A stretch of DNA of 63,477 nt, filler included. It is 5 parts of 5 records of this genome, joined end to end, with 100 filler letters (N's around TTAATTAATTAA, not from the genome) between each part and the next. Parts side by side here need not be neighbours in the genome. Positions count along the whole stretch, not along the records: positions 36,040 to 42,543 come from DRR723986_5220; positions 42,644 to 56,994 come from DRR723986_5226; 3 more parts are not named here. One strand, given 5' to 3'. Position numbers and translations under genes: made by a program. Under the pieces are notes generated by a model. The model was not told the DNA's origin. It ran no database searches and worked only from the letters and a program-made list of their open reading frames with translations. This document shows, in pieces, positions 38,706-47,554 of this stretch. Within the stretch, counting starts at the first letter, position 1, and each line of letters starts with the position of its first letter.

Positions 38706-39329
38706 TCAAACCTCCACCTGCTCCCTGGCAGTGCACTCTCGTACAAGCAAAAGAGCATGGCCGTCAGAGTAGTGCAGGCTTGGATGCGGTACGATGGCTC
38801 GACGATCCATCTCGCGAAAGCCCAGTGACGCATAGAGACGAAGTGCCGGCACATTCCTGTCGAAGCATATGAGTGAAACTCGCGTGAGACCTTGCGCGGC
38901 TGCAAGACGGTCGGCAAGGATCATCAGCTTTCGCGCGTACCCGCGACGGCGAAATTCCTGACGGACAGCCACGCCGGAAACATACAACGAGCCTGGATCT
39001 TCCAGCTCGAAGTAGGGCCTGAGGACTGGATCGGCCTCGGGTGTCTCGTCACTCTCCATCTTGAAGGCATGCAGCATGGCCACCACCTGGCCACCAATCT
39101 CAACCATGTGGCAATTCTGATAGGAAAACGCCGTGTTTTCCCGCGAATACCGCGATGCCCCAACCTCCAGGAGGTCCGCGCCGGGAACCCCGACGCGAGA
39201 CCAGATGTAAGAAGCAAGTCCATCTGAGGACATCAGGAAAAGCGAGGCGATTTCACGTGCGTCTGCCTTCGTGGCCGGACGGATCTGTTCGCTCCGTGTT
39301 TCGCCTTTCGATTGGACCGACATTTTCAC
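38706..39329 (-). CDS. GNAT family N-acetyltransferase
   Basis: IRPAT, LYVSGVAVRQEFRRRGYA, NVPALRLYASLGF. GTG overlaps the upstream TGA; ATG 39323 is an alternative start. Confidence 0.9.
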   Translation of the reverse strand: MKMSVQSKGETRSEQIRPATKADAREIASLFLMSSDGLASYIWSRVGVPGADLLEVGASRYSRENTAFSYQNCHMVEIGGQVVAMLHAFKMESDETPEADPVLRPYFELEDPGSLYVSGVAVRQEFRRRGYARKLMILADRLAAAQGLTRVSLICFDRNVPALRLYASLGFREMDRRAIVPHPSLHYSDGHALLLVRECTAREQVEV

Positions 39330-39613
39330 TTCACTTCTCCCGCGCTGACCTCATTGCACATGCCATCCCCCTTCGCCGCATCCAGCATGACAGCTGGAGC
39401 GGGTCTCAGGTGATGCAGCGCCCGGGTGTCACCGTTACGGATCACATGGCGCACGCTGTCGCGGTTCAATCCGATGTCGCGCAGTTCATGGTCCGACATT
39501 CTCTCCAGTGTCTGGATCAGGATGCGGTTCTTCCTGGCCCTGCGCCAACGTTCCAGAATACCGATCGCGTTCCTGCGACAGGCAATCCTGCCAACCATGG
39601 TCGAAACGGTCAT
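39326..39613 (-). CDS. DUF1127 family small protein
   Basis: WRRARKNR...LERMSDHELRDIGLNR; GGGAG RBS. Confidence 0.85.
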   Translation of the reverse strand: MTVSTMVGRIACRRNAIGILERWRRARKNRILIQTLERMSDHELRDIGLNRDSVRHVIRNGDTRALHHLRPAPAVMLDAAKGDGMCNEVSAGEVK

Positions 39614-39631
39614 TGTGATACTCCCCGTTCC

Positions 39632-40585
39632 TTACGCCCTGAGGGGCTGGTGGAGGCAGGTCTGCCCGATTGCGTCGACATGTCGGTGGTCGGTACCACA
39701 GCAGCCACCGAAGACCCGCAGGTTCGGCAGGACCGCCAGGAGGTTGGCATAGTCCCTGCCAAGTTCCTGCGGATTGCCGTCATCCAGCTCTTCAGCTTCA
39801 TCCAGCTCGGCGTGGCTCAACCGCGAAGCATTCGCGCGCAGACCCCGAATTCGCCGGGTCCAGTCCGCTCCTTCTTCCAGGACGTGCCGGAAGTGATCCG
39901 GGTGGGCGCAATTGATCATGTAGTAGGCGGGCGGGCAGTCGGCATCGAGCTCGGCGATCGCGTCCTTGAGCGATTGGCCTGTCGGCAGGTGCCCATCGGT
40001 CTCAACGGTGAAGGCAAGAGCCAACGGCACGTCCCGTTTCGCACAGGCCCGCGCTATGCCCATGGCTTCGCCGGCATGGGTCATGGTGATCGCGCTGATC
40101 ATATCGACCCCTGCCGCATCCAGCGTGGCGACCTGAACAGCGTGATAGTCCTCGGACTCGGCAGAGGACATCATGGTTTCGGGTGCGTAGCCATCTCCCC
40201 GGGGACCCATATTGCCGCTGATGACAAAGGGATGTTCGCCTTCGAACTCGGCACGCAGTTCGAAAAGCATTGCAACTGCGTCCTGGTTTGCATGCTTCAA
40301 TTCTTCGGCCGAATAGCCAAGACGGTCACCCCAGTCACGGCTGGCGCGCCAGGTCGCGCTGTCGAGAATGAAGCCCGTGCCCTGCGCATTCGCGATACGG
40401 GCGTAGCGTTCGTAGTAGCGGCGAAGGGCAGCGCGGCCTTCTGTTTCTTTCAAGGCATGAAAGGAAGCAAACAGTGGCAGGTCGATGCCATCATGAAAAA
40501 TCAGAGTTGTTTCGAGGCCACCATCGGTGAGCAGGCAGGCGTCACCGATCTGCGGCAGTTTATTGCGGTACTTGAAAAATTCCAT
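39632..40585 (-). CDS. Homocysteine S-methyltransferase family protein
   Basis: LTDGGLET, GNMGPRGDGY, Zn ligands NCAHP and GGCCGT. Confidence 0.92.
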   Translation of the reverse strand: MEFFKYRNKLPQIGDACLLTDGGLETTLIFHDGIDLPLFASFHALKETEGRAALRRYYERYARIANAQGTGFILDSATWRASRDWGDRLGYSAEELKHANQDAVAMLFELRAEFEGEHPFVISGNMGPRGDGYAPETMMSSAESEDYHAVQVATLDAAGVDMISAITMTHAGEAMGIARACAKRDVPLALAFTVETDGHLPTGQSLKDAIAELDADCPPAYYMINCAHPDHFRHVLEEGADWTRRIRGLRANASRLSHAELDEAEELDDGNPQELGRDYANLLAVLPNLRVFGGCCGTDHRHVDAIGQTCLHQPLRA

Positions 40586-41068
40586 CTTCGGTATTCTCTT
40601 GGCTCAAATGATTTGCGTACTGCGTTGCGTTTTTCCTTCCGCCGCAGAGCAACATTTATTTTGTTGATTTCAGTAATTTTGCCGCGCGAAGCTTGGCTAC
40701 CCAATCAAACGACGACCTGACCTTAGATAGCGGAGCAGGGAACTTTCACGTATGACGGCCGTCACACCGAATGAGGTGGACGTTCATCTTCGAGAAACTG
40801 ACCTTTTGCGAAGGAGAATTGCCACGAGGAGACAATGGCCAGGAGAAGGCATTGAACCGATCAACGCATCTAATGCGTGACTTTCGGGGTATCGGCCAAA
40901 GACACAAGCAACCGGCAAGGGGTGCTGGCCGGAACTTGCGGAGGCTGAATAACGAGCCGGCGCTATTTCCAAGAGGCTCAGCCGGCTTGGTCTTGTCCGC
41001 AGTCAGGCGGGTTTGACTGACTGCGGCGTTGATTATCGAACCGAACGGAGCCCGTTAGAGGGCCCGGT

Positions 41069-41842
41069 TCATGACAGGGCAGCCCGGCCGGGCAAATGCG
41101 GCGTCGTGCGCAGTTCGATATCAAGCTCCGAGGCAAGGTCGAAGAAACGCCGGCGCACGCCCGAAGCGTAGGGGTTCAGCCCCTCGATCGCATCGAAAAG
41201 CTCCGGCGGATCGTGGCGAACCATTTCGATAGCCTCGTTGAGAAGGTCGAAGCTTCGGGTGGTGGTCATCCGGGGAAGCGGCCCCATCTTCACCAGCACC
41301 TTGGCAATCAAGTGGGTAAGGCCCTGGGACAGCGCGGCATCGCGATCATGCGCATCCGGTGTTGTTTCGAACACATCCAACCCAAGAGCCACCTTGAGAA
41401 AGGCGGCAACACGTTTGTAGCTTCGGCCTTTCAAAGGGCACAGTGCGATTTTCAGTCCCTGCAATCCGTTGCGAGCGCTTTGCGGTCCGAAAAGCGGATG
41501 GGTCGCAAGGATTTCGACATGTGGTGGCAGCAACTCCAGCATCAGACGAGCGGGCTCGACCTTTACCGAACCGACATCCAGCACCAGCGTATTCGGCCTC
41601 AGATGCGGCGCTATTGCACGCAGTGTTTCTTCCATGCAAGCCACCGGAACAGCGACCACCACGATCCGGCAGGCGGCGACCTCGGCAAGGTCCGCACTGC
41701 CATCATAACGCGGATCATGGATCAGCAGTTCGACATGAGAAGAAAGATGCTCGGCGATCAATCGCCCGAACGCCCCGTAACCGATAAGGCCCAGGGTGAG
41801 AGAGCGATGTGGTTTACATATTGCAGCTTGGAAAACAGTCAT
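41069..41842 (-). CDS. tyrA: Prephenate/arogenate dehydrogenase (TyrA family, short stand-alone)
   Basis: GYGAFG Rossmann motif, DVGSVK, THPLFGP, HDRDAALSQGLTH. Confidence 0.9.
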   Translation of the reverse strand: MTVFQAAICKPHRSLTLGLIGYGAFGRLIAEHLSSHVELLIHDPRYDGSADLAEVAACRIVVVAVPVACMEETLRAIAPHLRPNTLVLDVGSVKVEPARLMLELLPPHVEILATHPLFGPQSARNGLQGLKIALCPLKGRSYKRVAAFLKVALGLDVFETTPDAHDRDAALSQGLTHLIAKVLVKMGPLPRMTTTRSFDLLNEAIEMVRHDPPELFDAIEGLNPYASGVRRRFFDLASELDIELRTTPHLPGRAALS

Positions 41843-41950
41843 GACTTAACTCGGTGAATTGGCTGCAAGGCCGAGAGCTGTATACCGAGTCACAACCGCT
41901 GGCGATGCAGCGGTAAACAGACAGCAAAGTCCCTCCGCTAACTTGGCGGA
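41843..41950 (-). promoter_or_regulatory. Attenuator-like RNA leader with alternative hairpins
   Basis: mRNA segments UCCGC(1), UAGCGGA(2), ACCGCUG(3), CAGCGGU(4) allow 1:2+3:4 or 2:3 pairing. GACUCGGU/ACCGAGUU and UGUGACU/AGUCAUG can occlude the tyrA initiation region. Confidence 0.7.
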
Positions 41951-41988
41951 TAATAATAGTTTGCAGTGTTGTGCAGGACGTTGCTCAT
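41938..41988 (-). CDS. Tyr-rich leader peptide MSNVLHNTANYYYPPS (16 aa)
   Basis: ATG AGC AAC GTC CTG CAC AAC ACT GCA AAC TAT TAT TAT CCG CCA AGT TAG, ending 95 nt upstream of tyrA. Confidence 0.8.
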   Translation of the reverse strand: MSNVLHNTANYYYPPS

Positions 41989-41994
41989 GCTCTT

Positions 41995-42023
41995 GAGCTA
42001 GCAAGCCCGGTGGGACAAGTCAA
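41995..42023 (-). promoter_or_regulatory. Sigma70-like promoter implying a leaderless uORF transcript
   Basis: TTGACT-N17-TAGCTC, then 6 nt (AAGAGC), then the uORF ATG. Confidence 0.6.
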
Positions 42024-42157
42024 TGCGGCGCGATCATCTCAAAATGGCAACTTGTGTTGACCGTACAGGTAAGTGGCCGATAACATGGCAATTCAAACAA
42101 CCGTTTCCAGCGCGCCACCCAACGCAGCCGGCCCAGCGAAGATGAATTCAGCGTCCC

Positions 42158-42543
42158 TTAGTCGAAGTAGTTTACCCAACCGATAACTTTGCCGCTGCCG
42201 TCTTTGATTTCATCATTGAAACATATGCCATGAAGGGATCCAACGTTTGGCGACACGGATCGAGGAAACCTGTTCTCAACGACATTTTTCACCTGGGCGC
42301 CAAACGAGTGCCAGGCCAAGTCACCAAAATTTTTCGGTTTTGCCATCTTGGCACCACTCGCCCCACCTACGACCGATTGCATAAGCTCGTACGTTTGTTT
42401 GGCTTCTTCAGCCAGAGCCCTTTTCGCAGCACTGCGCGCCAGCGAGAGGCACACGCCGTTCTTTAATGTTTTATCGAAAATGATGACGTTCAGGCCGAAA
42501 TTCATCAACGCAATACCTTTAACGCCGGCGTCGTTCCCCAGGT
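42158..42543 (-). CDS. Hypothetical protein, 3' part (frame open to the contig end)
   Basis: ORF 42158..42508 extends to the contig edge. No recognisable motif. Confidence 0.5.
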
Positions 42544-42643
42544 NNNNNNNNNNNNNNNNNNNNNNNNNNNNNNNNNNNNNNNNNNNNTTAATTAATTAAN
42601 NNNNNNNNNNNNNNNNNNNNNNNNNNNNNNNNNNNNNNNNNNN
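42544..42643. other. Artificial contig linker
   Basis: N44-TTAATTAATTAA-N44. Confidence 0.99.
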
Positions 42644-42788
42644 CACAGGCTAACAGCTGGTGGGGAAAACTTTCAGACTCAAAATTTTGCCGTTCAAACG
42701 CGAATACTTCCCGCTCGATAGCTTCCTGAAAGACTTTAACAAAAATGCCTTGAATCTTTTAACCCACCGTTTTGAGGTGATTCGCAAC

Positions 42789-43295
42789 TCATTTTTCCGG
42801 TGCATCCGCCGCCGGGTTCTCAACCTTGCCGGCGCGCGGATGACGGTACCAGGGCCAATCCTGCCAGACGCCGCGATACGGTCCCAACTGCGTCAATGCC
42901 TCACGTTCCGCGGCGGTGACCGGCGCCAGATAAAAGCCGGGTTGCTTGCGCGGTACCGGCGGACGCCGGCTGCCATATCCAATCGCAAACAGAATCCGGG
43001 CCACATTGTCGGCAAAGCCGCGCTCATGGCGGTACTTAACATGCCGCTCGCGGTATAAAATTTTGGTAATGTCCGCGCCGCTCTTCTCGCGCGGCAAGCG
43101 TTTTTCGTCATGTGACTGCGGGTTTTTGATGTACAAACGCACCACCTGCTCATTTTCTGAGACCCAAGGATATGCCACGATGCCTGGAATCTCACGCTCC
43201 AGTGCCGCGGCGTCAAATTCGGCCAGGGCCAGCAGATCCGCAGCCGTATGTTGTTCAAAACTGTTGAAGTCGATCAGATCGGCGCGGGTAGTCAT
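42789..43295 (-). CDS. Hypothetical protein (168 aa)
   Basis: ATG start, globular-looking composition, divergent from the peptidase. No recognised family. Confidence 0.6.
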   Translation of the reverse strand: MTTRADLIDFNSFEQHTAADLLALAEFDAAALEREIPGIVAYPWVSENEQVVRLYIKNPQSHDEKRLPREKSGADITKILYRERHVKYRHERGFADNVARILFAIGYGSRRPPVPRKQPGFYLAPVTAAEREALTQLGPYRGVWQDWPWYRHPRAGKVENPAADAPEK

Positions 43296-43474
43296 GTTGT
43301 AAACACTTCTGTCGGAGAGTCAGCAAATCTGGCGCGCTGCTCCAGCGCGCCTGTAGATTCACAAATTAGTCAAATCCTGCTTTTGACCGTCCGTTTAATC
43401 TTTATAACTTCAGTAAACAGCCGATTTAAACATGCATTCTGACTGATTTGTCAGCCGCTGACCTCCGCCCGTTC

Positions 43475-44635
43475 ATGCAAACCCTTGACCCCATCGGCGA
43501 CTACCAGCGCCACTTCAACGAACTCACGACGCTCTCGGGCCAACTCCTGAGCCGACTGGACTACGTGCGGCCGCTGGAGCCGCTGACTTGCTCGCTGGTT
43601 GATGAGTTGCGACTATTTGCCGGGTCAGTCACGCCGCGCGATGACAAAAAACTGCTTATTAATATGTTTGCTGAAACAATGCGGCAGATAGAAGCGGCCC
43701 TGCTGCAAAATCACGAGACCGTCTTACTCAGTGTATTGGCCCCCTTTCGCGAAGGTGACAATTCACTACAAATTCCGGCAGACAAGCTGCACCGACTGAT
43801 GTTCCGCGTGTGCTGCAAGTTCATTATCGACCACGAGTTTTCACATATTCTGTGCGGACATCTGCGCAAAAATGCCGATAAACCGGGCGGCGCGCAGCAC
43901 TGCGAAATGAACTTGCTCGGCAGGACCGAACCAGGAGAGCAACAGCAGCAGGAAGCGCCGGACGAGCAAACGCTCGAAGCCTATATCGATGAGTTTGAAG
44001 CCGATAATACGGCAGTTGAATGGTTCTTTGAAGAAGTGCTCATGCCCGAGTTTCTGGAAACACTCGACTCATGTGAAGAACTGCCCAGGCACGCTCCGGT
44101 GCGCTCACTCATGCAGCTGGAAGACGGGCACCGCATCCTTGCATTCAGAATTGTGTTAAGTGCCGTCTGGCTCGTCATCGGTATCATTGAGCAGCGGCGC
44201 GCGCCGAAGCAGAGTGCAACACATCCGCTGCCGGCTGCCAGGCTCTACGGCAGCATTGATATGTTAATGCATACCTTCAGCTGGGTTGGTGAAAGCTACA
44301 CTGATGCCGCAGGTATCCTGCGCGGTAAACTGGGTGATACCCAGCGCGCCAATATCATGACCTTCCTGCGGACGGTTTTGCTCCCCGTGGCGAAGTCGAT
44401 GAAAATGCTGCGGGATCCGCTCAGCGGCAAACTGCTGCAGATTATTCTGCCGGACACCAGCGGCGAAGATGAAATCCTGGAACAGATTATGCTTCTGGAC
44501 CTCTATGGGCTGATGTTCGGCGCAGAACTACAGAGCGAGGGCGCCAGACAGCTGGAAGAATTACAGGCCCTGCGTGTAGCATATACACACAAGTGCCGGC
44601 CACACCGATACCTAAGGAGAATGTACGATGACTGA
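43475..44635 (+). CDS. Soluble zinc metallopeptidase, Lit (U49)/M48-like
   Basis: FIIDHEFSHILCGH (HExxH), EFEADNTA, THPLPAARL: the three-motif layout of M48/U49. No signal peptide. Confidence 0.75.
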   Translation: MQTLDPIGDYQRHFNELTTLSGQLLSRLDYVRPLEPLTCSLVDELRLFAGSVTPRDDKKLLINMFAETMRQIEAALLQNHETVLLSVLAPFREGDNSLQIPADKLHRLMFRVCCKFIIDHEFSHILCGHLRKNADKPGGAQHCEMNLLGRTEPGEQQQQEAPDEQTLEAYIDEFEADNTAVEWFFEEVLMPEFLETLDSCEELPRHAPVRSLMQLEDGHRILAFRIVLSAVWLVIGIIEQRRAPKQSATHPLPAARLYGSIDMLMHTFSWVGESYTDAAGILRGKLGDTQRANIMTFLRTVLLPVAKSMKMLRDPLSGKLLQIILPDTSGEDEILEQIMLLDLYGLMFGAELQSEGARQLEELQALRVAYTHKCRPHRYLRRMYDD

Positions 44636-44996
44636 AATGCAAATCTATCTCGTGTTACACGACCGGTCAGAAGCCGATGAAATCAAAGCAACAATTGTTC
44701 AAGCGCTCGAAAATGCGGCAGAAATCGGCCAGATAAAAAGCAAAAGCAGTCAGGTTCAAAACTTAACAGAAAGTGAGATTGCCCTCTCCATCGTGATCGG
44801 AGTTGTTAGTAATCTGACGACAGATGCTATTAAAACCATTATCAACACCACAATTACAGAATACCGCAATCGCCAAATGATTAAAGACATGACCGTAGCC
44901 GAAATCCACCAGCTGGACATCGGCGCGAGTTTTGGCCATGACACAAACGACAATACTGACTCCGAACCCGACAGCAAAAAAGTCGGCGCAGACTAA
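44628..44996 (+). CDS. Small protein with central hydrophobic helix (EACC1/Trypco-like by pattern), coupled to the peptidase
   Basis: 8-nt ATGACTGA overlap, AAGGAG inside the upstream gene, EIALSIVIGVVSNLTTDAIKTII, acidic tail. Confidence 0.65.
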   Translation: MTEMQIYLVLHDRSEADEIKATIVQALENAAEIGQIKSKSSQVQNLTESEIALSIVIGVVSNLTTDAIKTIINTTITEYRNRQMIKDMTVAEIHQLDIGASFGHDTNDNTDSEPDSKKVGAD

Positions 44997-45293
44997 GAGA
45001 ATCCACATTTTAACATTTAAATGTATAAATTTACAAACACTCAACAGCGCGTGGATACTGGCTGCGTGACTAACAAGAAACTCAAAAAGCCTGCCGGGAA
45101 CCATTTTTCACAAAATGGGGTAACGGCAAAGCGCTCATGCCCAAACTGAAATTCCCACAAGCGTACGGACCGCAAATCAACTGCCCCGGTGTGGACGGAA
45201 AACCGCCTAAAAACACAAACACCGATCGGCTAAAAAGAGCGACCGGTGCTTGAGAATTGCAAGAATATCGATGTGCTTCAGAACTAATCAGCC

Positions 45294-47066
45294 TTAACGC
45301 GTAACGACAATTTTTGCGCGGTAGAGTTGCGAAATTGTGTTGGAAGCTTCGCCGGAAATACGCGATTGCGCCCCGGAAACTTGTACCCCGGCAACGTGTA
45401 CCATGTAAACACCCGCCGGCCAGCTGTGCGTTAAGAGTTTAACTTCGACCATGCCCGCCGGAACGAGCTCCTGCCAAATCAAACGACCGCGACTGTTAAA
45501 CACCTGCAATTGTGCCGCGCGCTGCAGTGACGGAAGTGAAATTCGCGTAAAGTCGGCGGCTGGTGACGGCGCAAGCGTTAACATTTTTGCGCTTGCCACA
45601 TCGTTAACACTAGTGATTGTGCCAATTTGGCCATCCTTGCCGAAACCCTGCGCGTAGAGATTCCACTCAGTGGACGAAGAGCCGAAACCACGACTGTCAA
45701 CCCAGGCGACGACACATTTGTCATCGGCGTCAATTGCAATCGTAGGGCGGACCTGGTCCCCCATCAGCGATGAAATGCGGAGCGTATTCTGCTCCCAGAC
45801 GAACTGGCCGTCGGTGTCGATGCGCGAGGTGTAAATGTGCGGTGCGGCGTCGATCGACCAGCTGTAGGCCACAATTACGTCGCCACAGGAGGTCATGACC
45901 AGCGGCGGTACAATGCCGGCGGTTTGATTGCGAAACTCAATTCCATCGTTCCAGAGCGCCGTGCCGTCGGGACCGACTTTCTGGATAAAATATGCATCAT
46001 CATCGTGGAAGGTAAAGAACAGATTGTCCTGGTCATCGATGACGGCTTCCACCGGTGGAGAAGTTTCATCCTTTGTGTTTAACATTTTGCCGCCGTCTCC
46101 CCACTGCAAATCGCCGGAGGAGTTGATGCGCTGGCCGCGCGTATGTTGTTCGGTGTCTGGATCAGACAGGCCGGGATTATCGAGCCAAATGGCGATTACA
46201 CCACCGGAAGCGTCGCTAATCAGGCGCGCGTTGTTTAAGCTGTGCGGAGAGGCATGTACGCGCATTCCAACTTTAACAATCACCGTCGGCACATATTCAA
46301 CTTCTTCTTCCGGCCACAGACGCTGTCCTGTAGCGTCCAGATGCGCGCCGCGCAGCTCGTTCTCCTGGGCGGTGATATTCGCAAATTCAAAGATTACGTA
46401 GATCCCACCTGCGCCGTCGGAACTGATATCGTAATCCGCGTCGGTGCAGGACGCAGGGTTTGAGAGCCAGCCGACATATTGCAACGAACCAAGCGAGCCG
46501 TCGGCATTCAAATATTGCGCGTAAATCCCCTGTTCCAGGCCCAAGACACGGTCGTCAACAAATGTGACGATAGCGCCGCCGTTGTTTCCGGCAACAATCT
46601 TGGGGCAGACAGACTCTTCACCGGGTTCTTCATCGCCTGACACCGGGGAGACGGTAACGCCGCCTGCCGCCCATTGCAGCCGGCCGTCGGCATCAACGCG
46701 CTGCGCGTAGGTTTCGGTGCTGTTGCCGACGCGATTATCGATCCAGATGATGATGACACCGCCGGCGCCATCGCCGACCATTGCTGAATTGCGTTCGTGA
46801 GCCTCGTCACTGGCGGCAACTGCAGTAGTCCACAGAATATTGCCGTCGGCATCCAGGCGCATGACGTAGACGTCGGAATCATTGTCAATTGAGTGATCGT
46901 AAAGCGCAAACCAGCCCCCGTCACCGTCGCTAAGCAGGCCGCGATGCCGCTCCTGGCCTTCGATTTCAGTTAACTGACTGTTGTCTTCGGGGCTGCTTGT
47001 CCACTGAGCCGTTAAAGGAGCGGACACAAGCAGGAATGCAAAAACGAGAGGTATGCAGGTTTTCAT
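45294..47066 (-). CDS. T9SS-type secreted repeat (beta-propeller-like) protein
   Basis: Signal peptide, repeated DGAGG-hhh-W-x-D-x-R...YAQR-h-DADG...W units, CTD LAPSPAA...WPAGVYMV. Confidence 0.8.
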   Translation of the reverse strand: MKTCIPLVFAFLLVSAPLTAQWTSSPEDNSQLTEIEGQERHRGLLSDGDGGWFALYDHSIDNDSDVYVMRLDADGNILWTTAVAASDEAHERNSAMVGDGAGGVIIIWIDNRVGNSTETYAQRVDADGRLQWAAGGVTVSPVSGDEEPGEESVCPKIVAGNNGGAIVTFVDDRVLGLEQGIYAQYLNADGSLGSLQYVGWLSNPASCTDADYDISSDGAGGIYVIFEFANITAQENELRGAHLDATGQRLWPEEEVEYVPTVIVKVGMRVHASPHSLNNARLISDASGGVIAIWLDNPGLSDPDTEQHTRGQRINSSGDLQWGDGGKMLNTKDETSPPVEAVIDDQDNLFFTFHDDDAYFIQKVGPDGTALWNDGIEFRNQTAGIVPPLVMTSCGDVIVAYSWSIDAAPHIYTSRIDTDGQFVWEQNTLRISSLMGDQVRPTIAIDADDKCVVAWVDSRGFGSSSTEWNLYAQGFGKDGQIGTITSVNDVASAKMLTLAPSPAADFTRISLPSLQRAAQLQVFNSRGRLIWQELVPAGMVEVKLLTHSWPAGVYMVHVAGVQVSGAQSRISGEASNTISQLYRAKIVVTR

Positions 47067-47184
47067 AACGCCAACAATTTAGTTTGGAAATACTCCCGCA
47101 AATTATCCAGTGGCGGCGCACAGCTCAATAGCCCATTTGGGTAGTTTTTGGGGCGCGGTGGTGGATGCCGGCCAAAAATGGGAC

Positions 47185-47228
47185 AAAAAAATACCCGCTC
47201 GCCGGCGTAAAAGCCTGACGAGCGGGTA
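47185..47228 (-). terminator. Intrinsic terminator in the 5' region of the 45294-47066 gene
   Basis: 10-bp stem TACCCGCTCG/CGAGCGGGTA plus U7 on the - strand, about 120 nt upstream of the ATG. Confidence 0.7.
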
Positions 47229-47554
47229 CAGCGTGACCGCTCTCTCTCTATTTTCTGCAGGTCTGTGACCCGCGACTGAAAACAAACTACATTTGACCAC
47301 CGTGACACACAGACCATTTTGGCCGTATTCTTAGAATCCCGAGGGACGGAAATCCACACCACCGTCCTGGTCGGGACCGGCTGAGGCCGCATGCAGCCAC
47401 ACATAAGCGCACCATTCCTCCTATTCCATTGCAGTGGTACGGCAGAAATTTCAGCAGTGCGAAATTATTTTTGGGGTACATGTCCAATTCCGGCGGCGGC
47501 GGCTGTCATCTGTGCAAAATGCTTATCCTACGTACTCATGCCAAGGGAATTTCT

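Noticed and set aside
40645-40710. SAM-II riboswitch upstream of the homocysteine methyltransferase
   Set aside because: UCGCGC and AUAAAUGUUGCU resemble parts of SAM-II, but the P1 3' strand, the UGAUUU loop and the terminal A-run are missing.
39155-40720. 521-aa + strand ORF (and similar long shadow ORFs, e.g. 57039-58244, 41096-41857, 3853-4587)
   Set aside because: These are antisense to well-supported genes, lack motifs, and are typical of GC-rich codon bias.
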